Made by a program: the position numbers and the translations under genes. 40,464 nucleotides of DNA from Bugula neritina (Eukaryota; Animalia; Bryozoa), in the NCBI GenBank assembly GCA_964035545.1, contig CAXIUT010000096.1:49201-89664 (forward strand), written 5' to 3'. Below are positions 1 through 13,088 of this stretch, in pieces. A model generated the notes under the pieces. The model was given only the letters and a program-made list of their open reading frames with translations. It searched no databases and was not told the origin of the DNA. Every line of letters starts with the position of its first letter. Within the stretch, counting starts at the first letter, position 1.

Positions 1-63
1 CCCAACCCCAACCCCAACCCCAACCCCAACCCCAACCCCAACCCCAACCCCAACCCCAACCCC
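1..63 (+). repeat. Left terminal telomere (CCCCAA)n, starting 5'-CCCAA
   Basis: Perfect C4A2 repeats from base 1; same unit as the Tetrahymena telomere. Confidence 0.97.
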
Positions 64-925
64 TGAGAATTATATAATAAGCTATAATAATCCAAGAATG
101 ATAAAACATATTATCAATAAAAAGAGTTGATAAAGTAACATTATTTATAATTATCATATTTTTGTCAGTATAATTCTTAGTTCAATCGCTATATTTACCA
201 TGATTAGAATTCCATCTTATTAAGTGGTACTAAATATAATTTAAACAACTACTTTAAATACAGCATTATAATATCAGAGTAATTATTTGATTTCTTTTTA
301 TCACTATGATCCCTTTAATTTGAGTTTATGTTAAAGAAGCTATTATTTTTTGATCTTATAAAAGTATTAATCTTGAAAAATAATCTGAATTAAAAATCTA
401 TATTAGAAACATAAAAACAACATCAGTCTAAAATTATATCATTTATCTTTTATGTTTAAATTAATTTGAAACCCTTTTTATTTTATATCTCTATGATTAT
501 ACACATCAAATAATCACATCAATAACAATGATTTGTTTCAATAATTCACAAAAATGTGGGAATAAGCAGGCTGGTACAACTAATATTGAAACTCATATTT
601 AATATCAATATTATTTGTAAGGAAAAGGAACTTCATGATGGTTTAAGCTATACTAGTCCTAATTTTTATCATAAAGAGAGACATTATCAAACTTAGAACA
701 AGAAATAAAAAGAATTAATAGATAAGTAGACTTTAAAAATATTATAAAATTCGATTCAAATGACTTAAATACTGCATTAGTATTAATTTTAAATTCTCAT
801 AATTAAACCTTCAAAGTATCGAGCCTTCAAATTAAACCCAACAAAGAAGAGAAGATAAACCTTGCAACATTCCACAAGCAAAAATACAAACATAAAACAG
901 TATCAAAAATTTACAGTTCTTAAAT

Positions 926-1010
926 AAAACATTATTTCACTAACCTGTGGACACCATTCGCTCTGCTGACTACCTGGATCATATTTAGAAACCCATGGAT
1001 CTAAGTACTC
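926..1010 (+). pseudogene. Subtelomeric bromodomain-like fragment
   Basis: With TAR=Glu it reads LFHEPVDTIRSADYLDHIEKPMDLSTL, matching the bromodomain F.EPVD...DY...I..PMDLST motif. No upstream in-frame ATG after the TGA at 761-763, and the remaining helices are not recoverable in frame. Confidence 0.4.
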
Positions 1011-1357
1011 TATAATTTTAAAAGACTAAAAAAATTATCTTGTTAGTAAATATAATAGTTAAAATGTCAAAGTTAATTAAATTATCTTTCCATTCCTAAA
1101 AGTATATTTCCATTCTTTTTATTCATGACTCAAATGAGACCCAAAGTAGCTGTTGACTGATGTCGATTTGATTGGATCTTGAACTGGATCTTTATTGGAA
1201 GCTTGAGTTTTTCATGATTTTTTATCTATACTTCTTTTCTGTCGTGTTGAACCTTCAAATAACCTGAAAATATTTCACTCTGTATGATCTTTTCTCTAAA
1301 ATTCTGCTGATTGTTTAATTTTATTGATAAAATATTAAAAATAGTAAAAGTGATATA

Positions 1358-2407
1358 TCACATAGTCATTCTATAATTTTTATCTGCCTGTTTCCACCAT
1401 TTTTTAAATCGATGATTGCTTTACTTCTGGTTCACACATCTGATAACCTTGTATGGATTATCAAGGATAGCATTCAGATCAGTCAGTTCGATCAAGTAGT
1501 TTTCCATGATGAGAACTCCATCTTCTTCAGCCTGCAAATCAAGATCTGATTCAAATACCCAAAAGTTATTACCTGATATGTTGTTTCTACTACCTATAAC
1601 TACGTTGTTCTTTCCTTTAATCTTATTCTTCTTACCAACAACGACATTGTTATAATTGATCAGTTAAGCTTTAATCTTTATGAGATATTTGACCACTTAT
1701 TTGACTCTATCATAGAGCTATCTTCTTGTCAAAGGAAAGTAATTCTATTTCTAAAAGGCACGAGATTCCATATACTTGAATTTTTCCTGATCTCTGTTGA
1801 CTTTGTAGTGTCCAGTCTTTTACTTCCAATATCCAGGACAAATGCTTAGATAACTATTACAATGTTGAGACTGATAGTTGTTGCCTCCTTGGCATTGCTG
1901 AAGGTATCTTCCTCTTGTAAATCCGCATCCGAAACCACCTCCTCGACAACCGCCTCGAGTACTCTTTAGACGATCACCTCGATTACCTCTTCGACGACCA
2001 CCTCGACTCCCCATCCGATTTCCTTTCCGACCATTTCGATTTGCACGTCTCTGACCTCTTCTGCCACCTTGGAGTCCACTTTGATATCCTCCATCACACG
2101 GTTATTTATTTCCATTGTAGCCCTAGCAAATTACTTGATTTCTATTTCCACAATTATTCTCATGAGTGTTCTAAATAATGTTATTTGTTTTTGGAATATC
2201 TTTGATCTCATTTTGTTTATCTTTCTTTTTTGATTTCTATCCACTGCAATCTATAGTCCTTTCTAATCCATCTTTGAGACTGACCATAGCTTCGTTGGCA
2301 TTGTCTATCAACGTTTGGTCAATTTTCAGGCCTTTGAAGTAATCTGAATTAGTCAGGAATAGTAGTAGAGAGATAAAGAACAATACTTGAGTAACTTTCT
2401 TTAACAT
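1358..2407 (-). CDS. Secreted protein (349 aa): signal peptide, Arg/Gly-rich segment, xxNxVxG heptad repeats
   Basis: Intronless ATG-to-TGA ORF under TAR=Glu. N-terminus MLKKVTQVLFFISLLLFLTNS; segment GGRRGQRR..GSRGGRRRGNRG; repeats YNNVVVG KKNKIKG KNNVVIG SRNNISG. Confidence 0.8.
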
Positions 2408-2872
2408 GAGAGATTATTATACTTTCTATATTTAGAAGGTGAATTAAACTATAATAATAACTGATAATAACTGGAAGTTTAAAAAAGCAAAAAAATATAA
2501 ATTTTGATCTTTAATAAAAACAATATTTACTATCTATTTCTTTTTTTGTCTTCTTTTAAAATTATTTTCAAAGAAATATAAATCTATAAATATGAAATTG
2601 AATATATTCTATTCCAATTGATATTCATATCAATAAAACTAAAGTCGAGTTGAGTTAATTTTTAAAGAACTTAAAGCCGGAATATAGAAAATAATATATT
2701 TGAATAAACTAACTTTTCATGATTAAAGTTACAATATATAAATTAAGTTATCATCATGGTTTCACTTTTAACTTATTTTTTATCTTTATGAACAAAATAA
2801 GGTTTAAAAAGGTATTGATTTTGATAAAAAAGAATAAAATTAATATGATAAATCTTGATTATATCATTTGGA

Positions 2873-3766
2873 TCATGTGAAATTAAAAGAAAGACCATCA
2901 AGAACAAATTATTCAGTCCCTATTTTCTATTCTTTTATCTGGACTATTTCTTTTTTCTCTTGCCTTTTCTAGACAGGTTATTCAATCAAAATATTGACTG
3001 ATATCTTTTATTCTTATTTCTTACCAGTCTATAGAAGTTATTCTTCTTGGTTTGATAATTCTTGACCATTCTAGTTTTCTTCTTCATCCATGCTTTCTTA
3101 ATTTTATGGCAGTTAGTGAATATGGATACAAACTCTTCCTTTCTCACACTTTCCATTCAGAAAGTCTTGACATATCTCAGTTTTATACTTATAATTTTTC
3201 TTTTTAAGATCCATATTTCCATGATAATCTCTGCATGCAGCTCCTAACTGACATTTTCCTAACTGATACATTTTACATGGAGCTGTTCTTTTTTTGAATG
3301 GTTTTCTTAACTCTTGTTCATGATGGGCAAAGTTACAAGTCAGTCTTCGTCTACAATCACGGCCATAGGGGCACATCTTAGTTCGATAATGAGACCTCTT
3401 ATTAACTTTATTTATTTTCTTTCCTTTTATTGATTAATTTTGGTTAAGGATATAGTCATTAACGAATTTACCACTTTTTTATTCAGGTTTTTATTAATTT
3501 GTTGAGGTAGGTAGAAGTCTATCAGAGGTAATAAGATTGGTCGGGTTGAGAGGTTTTTGTTTGCCAAGAGTTTTTTAAAGTGTTTCAGGGTCTGTATTGT
3601 AAAAGAAAAGTCTCCCCAACCCCAACCCCAACCCCAACCCCAACCCCAACCCCAACCCCAACCCCAACCCCAACCCCAACCCCAACCCCCAGTATTTGAT
3701 TTCATTAAATAAGAGTAGATAAGTAGAATTTACGAGAAAAATAATATTTAAAAATGATTATATCAT
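2873..3766 (-). CDS. Tandem CCCH zinc-finger (TIS11/ZFP36-like) RNA-binding protein, crossed by internal telomeric tract T1
   Basis: Three CCCH fingers: YRTKMC..C..C..H, KRTAPC..C..C..H, YKTEIC..C..C..H. The frame is open from ATG 3766 through the tract to TGA 2873. Start uncertain (ATG 3705 is in another frame). Confidence 0.8.
3614..3690 (+). repeat. Internal telomeric tract T1 (C4A2)n
   Basis: About 77 nt of C4A2 inside the putative 5' part of the CCCH gene. Confidence 0.95.
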
Positions 3767-3833
3767 TATATTACTAGCATCATATTGCCGCTTATAACTG
3801 AATTGATAAAGTCAATTTGATAATTACTTTAAC

Positions 3834-6800
3834 ATGATCGTCTCTGACAACTTCTTCACAACTTTTGAACTCAAAGTTCTATCTACAGATCGGAATTCCC
3901 TCGAGAAACTATATTCTACCCTACTCAATCCACTCTATTTCTTCAAGATTGTCCAGTCTGCTCGCAATAATCATCTATCTTTCGTATTTTGCCTGGCTCT
4001 CAAAGACAAAATCAAAGAAGGAAATAAGCATAGTTTTCTCTAAAAGGTATAAGAGGATCTAAAAGAGATGAAACAGAACAAATTGAAAGATTTTATCAAA
4101 ATTGCCGATCAGAATCCTCTTTACAATCACCTCAAAGAAGTCTAATCTAATGAAAATTTGTGTATGATTAACGTAATTTCCCCTAAAAAGATAAAATGAT
4201 GAGCTCTCCAACTTTTCTACAGCATATCATCATTGAAAACCACTTCACCTCCAAAATAATCTGGTATTAAAGTATCAACCAACTCTGGATTCTCTTCTAA
4301 TCTCTCAAGCACACCTATTCATCAGATTAAAATCAAAAATAGTCCTAAAAAAGTGGAATAATAAAACTAAGAGATGAAGTTATTGCTAAACTAATCGTTG
4401 ATATCATCTCATGCAACTATTAAAGAGGACAAGACACTGGCATTCTTCAATTCTTTTTTAAACATATTGAATTGCAAATACAAACAGGAGATATTGATAT
4501 AGCTTAGAGAGTAGCTAATATTTCCTTGGAAATGGTGCTTTATATCAAAAAATAAATCTATTATTGCGACAGAATGAAAATTATTTAAAAATACGGATAA
4601 AATTTATTTGAAATACTGATAGACTACTACTCCCGCTTTGCAAATTTGAACAATTTCGAAATAGTCTCCAACATATTAACTTCAATCTACCACATCCTCA
4701 AAGAAGAATCTACTACTGAATAATAATCAATTCAAAATATATAATTATATGACTAGAATGACAGCAATAATTTCGATTCTTTAAAAACAACACCTTGGAT
4801 AGACAAATATTCAATGAAATTGATAAATATCTTTTAACATTGCTTGCAGTTTCCTTTGGAAGGCAAAACTTAGGATATCTATATTAAAATCTTAGGAATT
4901 TTGAGATTGATATCGATTAATGAGTTATGTGAATCATTACATGATGCTTTTGAGTCATATGAAGATAAAGCATGGAATAAAAAGAAAGAAAGAAATCAAC
5001 TATTTAGTAAGATCTATGAGTTTCTTTTTAATTTGATTCAACTATCAGTTCAAAAATTAAAGAACAAACAATAAAATATCAACTACTACATTGAATACTG
5101 TATTGGACTAACTTTGGTTAAAACAGTGCCTCTACATTCTAATTTTTAATATAATTAAAGAAAATTATTGACTTTTCTCTTTCAAGAGTATTATCCATTA
5201 GTTATTAAAACTGTTCCTTTTGCTATATCTAATGGAAAAACTCATCCTATTGTAATGTTGGCGATTTTTATGGAAAAAATGTACGTAATTGTCAAGAAAG
5301 ATGGGTTTTTGTTAAAATTACTCGAATAAAATATTTCTTCTTTGGTAATTAAATGTCAAAACTAAGTTTATTCTTAAAATTTTACATCTTTTAAAGAAGA
5401 AATATAGTCTTCTACCTAGTTTTTTGAACCTATTGCTAAACTTCTTTCAAAAAATACGAAAAATCAAGAAAAATAGTTTAACCATTCTTACTTCTGGCTC
5501 CTTAAAAAATAATTTTAATTCATATTTGATCAGAATATGCAAAATTCACATTATTTCATCAGATTGACCTTAGAATGCATAAAATCACTTAGTAATTATT
5601 CCCAATATGAATATTTCTAATAGATAGCCAGTCTTCTAATCTTTCTTTTAGTGAATCTCAACACCTAAATCTACAAGAAGTAATATTTGATTCTCATGGA
5701 TATAACATTAGATCTTCTACTAGTCTAAGACGCTAAATAATTAGATTCTTATTTATTCCGCCACATAAAATAAAAATCAAAAATCAATTTCCATTAATTT
5801 ATCAATAATATAATAACATCTCTCATTGAAAACTATCTATCAAGGTCAGAAGTCGATAATAATGAATACTACACTAGCTAGGTAGTCTAAATTCTTTGTA
5901 GAACATTTAGAAGGTTCAAAAATTTAAATCCTGAGCAATTGTAAAATTCACTATCGAATTAATAAAAAATACTAATCAAGAAAAAAACAAAGAAAAATGT
6001 AAATGAGATAATAGAAATATACTTTAAATTGGTATACTATCTGATCTAAAACATCTAAAAGTCAATTTTATGTGACCTTTCTAACTACTAATCCAGACGT
6101 AAAATGTTCTAGCTAATTGCCACCATAGGTTTTACTTCAATTTAAACAATGTATAATATTTCATCCACTTTGGTCTTTGACAAGTTGAATTTGACATCTT
6201 AGTCAAATGTACTGATACTGCTGACTGATTTATCAGGAATGTTGGATGCTGATATGGGTCAAAAAGAAAAAAGTATCTTGGTTTAAAAGGTTCTACAACT
6301 TTTAAACGATCATTAGATTATAATGTAGATGTTCGGACTGGAAAATCTCAGTGACAGTTAGGTTCATTATCGTATATTTACAGGTTTCGTTGGTAGTTTA
6401 ATCTAAAGCTTTTCTAAAAATCATATAGAATTGTTTTTCATGGTGCCTATCCTAAAAAATCAAGTGTTAAAGAAGTTATATGAAATAAATCAGCTTTACA
6501 ATTTCAATAACTACTAATAAATAACCAATCTATACTTATCATTCACATCTTTATAAAACTTAATCATCGATTTGCCTTCTTTACCTTCTAAAATATACTC
6601 AGGAAACAGTGCAGAATCTATTCTTCTTTTATAATCATATTTATAAAATATCCATAGACTAAAAAGTGAAGATCTTATCATTCTATACAACAACATTTTT
6701 GGTAGAAAATCTTTCGATTGGTCTTTCGAGGAAATATAATAAAAAGCAAATGCTGACATTTTTACACCAGTAGATAAACCTTCAGTATTATTAACATTTT

Positions 6801-7144
6801 GTGATTATATCGAATTCAACCAAATTAAATTATTCTTCAACCACTAAAAATTAATAGTCAGCCTAGCTATGTAACTATACACATTTTATGTCAATAGACA
6901 TTCAGGAGATTCCATCGATTTCTGCAGTTTCGATTCAACAAATAGTGAAGAATAAGATAAAAACCTTCTTGAAAGTTTCTTTTAAAATTAACAACAAAAA
7001 AAGTTACTAAAACAACTAGCACAAGCATACTATCAATTTGACTACCTCCTAGGAATAAAAAATTAAGACCTACAATAATTTTAGAAATAATTCTATGGAA
7101 ATATTCAAACAATGCTATCAATACACGAGTGTTCAATCAAATGA
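3834..7144 (+). CDS. Large hypothetical helical (HEAT/ARM-like) protein, about 1090 aa
   Basis: Long TGA-free frame 4196-7144 joined to the ATG-3834 exon by a probable GT-AG intron at 4162-4190. Leu/Ile-rich amphipathic pattern; no family recognised. Confidence 0.7.
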
Positions 7145-7184
7145 TTTGAATATTATTCAATTATAATGATATAATCAATAATAA

Positions 7185-8760
7185 TCATTAAGCAATTTTG
7201 AACTAACGTTATCGTTTTTATTATTAGATGATGATTGGATCTGGAGTTATGGAATTTTGAACTTTTATTCTTTGTTTTCAAGCCATCGCTATTTCTATTT
7301 TATCTAGTTGTTTTTTAGCTTATGTTTTGACATCTAGTGCTCGTCTTTCAATGTTTTAACTGCTCTTCTGAAAGGGTTCTAGTATACGTGCATTTTAGTT
7401 ATAATTATCTCTTTCTTTGGTTTGTTTGTCTTACTTGTTAAATTTTTGTTTATTTCATAAAGAATCGACATAGAATCTGATACTATCTATCCGAAAACAG
7501 AGTGTTTATTATCAAGATATGGAGCCTCTTAAAGAGTTATGAAGAATTGACTTCCATTAGTTTTAGGACCAGAATTAGCCATGCTTAAAATACCTGGTTT
7601 ATTATGCATAAGTTTAGGATGAAACTAATCTTAGAAAGGTTTTCCAAAGATACTTTAACCTCCAGAACCAGTTCCTGTAGGATCACCTCCTTGCAAGCAA
7701 AAATCTTTAACTAACCTATGAAAAGAAATTCCATCATAATATCCATTTTCTGATAATTAAATAAAATTTTAACAAGTTTTAGGTACCAAATCACAATGCA
7801 CTAAAATACTAAAATTTCCAAGATTAGTTACCATGAGTACATTACCTTTAATTTTTTATTTTTTGATAATATGATAAATTTTATCTCTAATTTAATTTTC
7901 TTTAAGATCTCTAAATGAGGTAACTCCTTTATTAAAAGGTGAAAAGTTAGTACTAGTAAGTGAAGTAGAATTAGTATTATCACTTTATCTCTAATGCTTA
8001 TATATTTTATTCTCAATACACCAATTAATAAAACCTTTTACATCTTGCTTCGATTCCAATTATAATTTAACCTTCTTTTTTCTTTTAGTCTATTCTTATT
8101 TCAAATCAGATTCTGCTTTTCTTTTGACATTCACTTACGACATCACTCGACTAATCGAATCATTTTATTTAATAGTTGGCTATAAATTTTAAGGAGCTAT
8201 AAATGGCATTCCCTTCTTCAAATAATCAAATTCTAAAACCTACTTATTTTTATCATTCTTTGGATCTTGAATATCAATTATATCACCTGCAGTGAAAGGC
8301 TAATCTAAATTATAGGGTGATTACTTGTAACTAAATCATAATAATATTTTTATTTTTTGTTTAGTTCGAGGATAGTCTAATACGCATAGACATTTCCTGA
8401 TGTTTTTATGCATACTATATGAGTATTTTATGTAAATATTTTATAACTAATTGGATCTTAATATTCATCTTTATCGTTTTTTGTCCAATGCATTTTTATT
8501 AGATCTCTAACGCTTAAAGGCTTTCCTGTTATTGGACATCTTTGGAACTTCTTTATGAAATCAGCAACATAGATACCTTCAAAAACATTTCCTTAACTTG
8601 TGCAAACTGGATCTCTAAATGGAGCAAGAGATAGAGCACAACAGTAGAAAGGTAGCTTTTAGAAGGGAACTTTCTTGACATCTTTTTTTCCCTACCAATC
8701 CTACTTCATTTCTGTGTAGGTTAAATGCATTTTGTCTTTTGAATGTCGGTGCTTGCCCAT
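7185..8760 (-). CDS. PPIL2: U-box/RING cyclophilin-type peptidyl-prolyl isomerase (PPIL2/Cyp60)
   Basis: N-terminus [36 protein letters not shown]. Cyclophilin core [62 protein letters not shown]. Intron positions not mapped. Confidence 0.93.
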
Positions 8761-8912
8761 GCTCTTTTAAATATAATACAAATTATATGAAAAAGATCGA
8801 GTTCAAATAAAATTACGTTAATTAATGATTAATTTATTGTGATTATTTATAACTGAAATACAAAGATAATTATAGCTATTTTATTATCATATTTTATTAG
8901 GCTAAGCTGAAA

Positions 8913-10277
8913 ATGTTCAAGCGGTTTTTTGGTTTCTCTTAGATCTAGAAGGTCTTTCGCTAATCTAAAGTTGACAACTCACACTAATCCGTAACAACTA
9001 GACCCATAGTAGAAATGGCTATCCGTTATTTCAAAGCCTCCCCAAAAAAGCAAAACCCAAATATGAACATAAACATCAACATAAACGGCAATACCAACAA
9101 CCACATCAACATCAACATCACCTCTCCAATCAAAAAGCAAGAACAGAAAGAAAAAACCAAGACAAAACGTTCTGAATTGATAGATTATATAGTGACAAAA
9201 TTAAGAAAAGAAAAGGAGGTATACAGAATCAAGTTACTTATCGTTTGTCATTCGATTATCAGAGCAACCTACGATGAGGAATTCATGAATGTTATTGGAT
9301 AGGAGATTTAATAATTTATTATTCATGGCGTTAACATGGAATAAAAATAATTCAGAACTGAACCAAATAAATAAAAAATAAATATAAAAGTTAAATTAGA
9401 TCAAGAGCAAAAAGCTTTCATACATCAAAATGTTATTTCTTTCTATTGTCAGTATCTCAAGAAAATGATGATTAATATATAAACCTATCAACTCATAAAA
9501 CAAAATAAACCTATCCTTTATGAAAAAGATCAAATCGTCTAAAGCGTTAATCATGGTTTTGTTATTTTAAATCTTGTTAACTATATCCTAGAATCTCAAA
9601 GTACTTTTAATAAGATGGGAAGATATTATGTTTAAAATTAAGAAATGATGAGTCTATACATCATGTATCTGTAGGATCTCAATGTTTACAACAACTTTAT
9701 CAAAGAGTTTATCTTTAATTCGATTAAAGATCAAAATAATTTAAGTTCAGAAGTGTTAAAACATCAGTTTTTGTTTATTACTGAAGCACAAAAAAGTAGT
9801 GATAGATTATATGAGTTCTTCCATAATAGATATTACTACTATCGAGTTAAAACTTTGAATATTATTCCAAAATTTTTACGTTTAAATCCTTAAGAATAAA
9901 GAAAAGTAACAAAACAGATGAAAAATAATGATAGAGATTTTGTAGAAATGATAAATTAGAGTAAATATACTGAAGTTAAAAGGAAAAAAATGAGATGTAA
10001 AACTATGATAAATAACTAAGAAAAATAAGAAGATATTATGAACAAAACATAAATTTATGAGAAAACTAAAGAAGATTACGAAAGTATCATCTCTTATTTT
10101 GATGATGGATAACTTTAAAAAAGCTCCCAACCCCAACCCAACCCCAACCCCAACCCCAACCCAACCCCAACCCCAACCCCAACCCCAACCCCAACCCCAT
10201 CTTTTATTTTGAAAAATAAAGTATTAATCTTATTATAAACTAAGAATAGATAAGATTTTTATCTGATGAATAATTGA
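8913..10277 (+). CDS. ANTH/ENTH-like domain protein, crossed by internal telomeric tract T2
   Basis: Single open frame from ATG 8913; motif IVTKLRKEKEVYRIKLLIVCHSIIR resembles ANTH K.LIV.H.L.R. Frame stays open across T2 to TGA 10275-10277; C-terminal end uncertain. Confidence 0.6.
10126..10199 (+). repeat. Internal telomeric tract T2 with two C3A2 variants
   Basis: Starts CCCAA; 74 nt. Confidence 0.95.
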
Positions 10278-10380
10278 TATTTCTATTCTATGTATATTTA
10301 AGACCTTCAAGGTCTTAAAATAAAATTGAAATTTTTCTTAAGACCTATAGAGAGTGTTATTTATAAAATATACTACAAAA

Positions 10381-10920
10381 ATGAAATAAGCTTATGAGAA
10401 AGGGAATCAAAATGCTTAAGATAGAGCTTAAAAGTTTATTTTACTGCCTTTCAATGATAACTCTTTGACAAATTAAAAAACTAATTAAACAAAAACCTTT
10501 AAAATTAAAAGAAGAAAAATCATTCATAAAGTTCGATTTGGAAGAGGAGCTAATCATCCTTCTTTCTTTCTGAGACAGTTTTTCTCTAAAATTTAAGATG
10601 GTTCTTATCAACATGTCTACTAAGATAATCCGAATTCCTATGAAGTCCTTAAAGATAAAATAATGGTCTTCAAAGATTCTAAAAATGCATATGGTGCTTA
10701 AGACCTCGATTATTTCTTTGGATTTAGTCATAATCTCGAAACAAAATATCTAAATTATTTGAACTCAAAAGTTTTTTTCAACATGATTGAAGAAAGCTCA
10801 GTGGATTTGATCTTAGACGCTCATAAATGTAAGTGTATATTAAACCATTTAATTTCAATTGAAAAATATTCTTCAAGATTGGGAAACTCTGACTTAGTCA
10901 AAAGGATTGCTTTTAAATGA
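10381..10920 (+). CDS. Hypothetical protein (179 aa)
   Basis: ATG-to-TGA frame under TAR=Glu; no family recognised. Confidence 0.55.
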
Positions 10921-10962
10921 TCGTTAAGCTATACTTATCTTTAAATAATTGACATTATTTAA

Positions 10963-11046
10963 CCCAACCCCAACCCCAACCCCAACCCCAACCCCAACCC
11001 CAACCCCAACCCCAACCCCAACCCCAACCCCAACCCCAACCCCAAC
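10963..11046 (+). repeat. Internal telomeric tract T3 (intergenic, between convergent genes)
   Basis: Starts CCCAA; 84 nt. Confidence 0.95.
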
Positions 11047-11099
11047 TCTTAATAACATAAGTATTATATCATAATACCAAATGATACAAAATGAAAATT

Positions 11100-12158
11100 T
11101 CAAATATCATTTATAGGTAGTAGACCTTTTTTATTTCTCATCCAATTTTTAACAATAAAATTTCTTTTAATTATCGTCTCCATCTCTTGAAAGTTATTTT
11201 TCAATCCATATCTAATTAACTCCTCCTTCATCTTCATATACTAATCTATCCTAAGTTGCAATAAATAACTCGGATGAATAACTTTAGCTTTCTCCAATGA
11301 GACTTTCTTAGTCCTATCACTAAATATCATTTATTCTAACAAAGTCTACCCAGTCTAACATATTCTTTTAAAAGATCTATCAATCAATTTGATTTTACCA
11401 AACATTATCAAATACATATACTACAAATGCTCTCCCTCCTTGTATAGTTACATCGATGGATGTCGAAGTATGATTTTACCCATCTTAAGCAAACAAATAT
11501 TAATAATTCTATTATTTCTATTGAAAAAAGGATTGAATATTTAGAGCTGCTATATTGTATCTGTCAGATTTTATTAATTTCTATTTTTCATGTTTTTTGG
11601 TATTCTTTCAACTAGTTAGCAAAATTTGTTTATTATGTGTTCATATTGACCCATTTTATCTTGTTTTTAAGGTTATCTAGGAATAGAAGTTGCATGGGTA
11701 GAATTCGTATATTTTCTTTGTGATTTACCCTTTGTTTCAGTTTTTGTTCGCCTAAATTGCTTGATAGTAAACATCGGTTGTGATTCCTTCATTCTTTTCT
11801 ATGACTATCTTTATTGAACTTATTTTTGTTTGCTTTATAGTTACTCTTTTTTAGAATATGGTTGTATTTTTTCAAGAAGAATTTTATATTTATTAGCTGA
11901 TGATTATTTCAAATCAACACTTTAAGTTGATTCTATCTTACTTTATTATTTTTAGTTGGAAAGGTATATATTATCTTATATCTATGGTTTTTATGATGTA
12001 ATTGCTGGAAGTGATATTTAATTTACATCTAGCTATTAGAGTTATCGAGAATATTGAGCTTTTTTTGATTTAAGTATTTGGTATAAAGTGGAAATGTTTG
12101 TTGTTTTTGAAGGTACTTGAGGAAATTGTTTTCTGTTTAACTATAATTATCCCTGCAT
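11100..12158 (-). CDS. Protein with C-terminal cyclic-nucleotide-binding-like domain
   Basis: Intronless ORF of 352 aa. LYKEGEHLEYMYLIMFGKIKL...GETLLEEMIF..SLEKAKVIHPSYLLQL fits the cNMP-binding beta-barrel pattern. Confidence 0.7.
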
Positions 12159-12299
12159 AATTATTATTATCATCAACGAATTCATAAACAAAAATCATAA
12201 AGTTTAAAAATATGATTAAATCATCTATATTCTTCATAAAAAAATAGTTTTAATATTTGAGTTTATTATTATCAAATTTAAATAAAACTAACCGTTGAC

Positions 12300-13039
12300 A
12301 TGAACAGATTCAACTAAAAATACTCATACATAACAGTCCCTGATAACCTTCCACTATAATTAAAAGGAAGTTCCAAGAAAAGAATAGATTCTCTTAATAA
12401 ATAAAACTACAAATAATCCAGATCAAGCCTACAAGAATAAAGCCGATCGATAATTCTAAAAAAATTGTAAAATAATAAACATACAATGGATAGTATGAAA
12501 TCAGCTGTACCTCATAGCAGCAGTGTAATAATGATATTATTTAGAGATCAAAAGCAAGACCCAGTTCTAAAAAGATTTATCACTAAAATAAATAAAATAA
12601 GGGATCTGGAATAGAATATCTCATGTAGAAAACACAATAATAAAAGCAAAAATATAAAGAAAAAGCACATATTTCTTCTAAATATCTAGATAATTAGAAA
12701 ATAAAAGAAAAAAAACATTTTGTTTATTAAAATACAAAAACTTGCTAAAATGAAGGCAACAAATATACTCATCACAAACAAACGGAATAAAATAAAATAA
12801 AAAAGGATATTTATTCGAATATCAATCGATATGAAAAATAAGAGATAAATAGTAAAAAACAAGGAGTAAAACCTTTATCTAAAAAAGGATAAGAATTGGG
12901 TTTTGAAGATAGAAAAGTAAAGAAAACATCAGATTTAAAGATGATATAAATGATGGGATGCTAATATGTAAAGAAATAGGAGAAGGCATTAAGAGATAAG
13001 AGACAAGATTGGAGAACCAGTAATATAACATTTTATTGA
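12300..13039 (+). CDS. Hypothetical Lys/Glu-rich protein
   Basis: ATG 12300, 20-nt intron 12525-12544, TGA 13037. Confidence 0.6.
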
Positions 13040-13088
13040 GGCTGAATTTTGATTGATGACTGATGTAATTAATATAATTATAACAACA

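Noticed and set aside
3427-3705. ORF-track proteins with GWGWGW here, and with GVGVGV at 14519-14710
   Set aside because: Translations of telomeric repeats in the wrong frame or strand. Most ORF-track entries are fragments or antisense shadows produced by the standard code.
4197-4202. In-frame TGATGA suggesting TGA readthrough
   Set aside because: A 29-nt GT-AG intron (4162-4190) shifts into a TGA-free frame of about 3 kb. TGG is used for Trp throughout and recognisable genes end at TGA.
9058-9122. AACAT(C/A) repeats encoding NININ
   Set aside because: Ordinary low-complexity coding insertion, unrelated to telomeric repeats.
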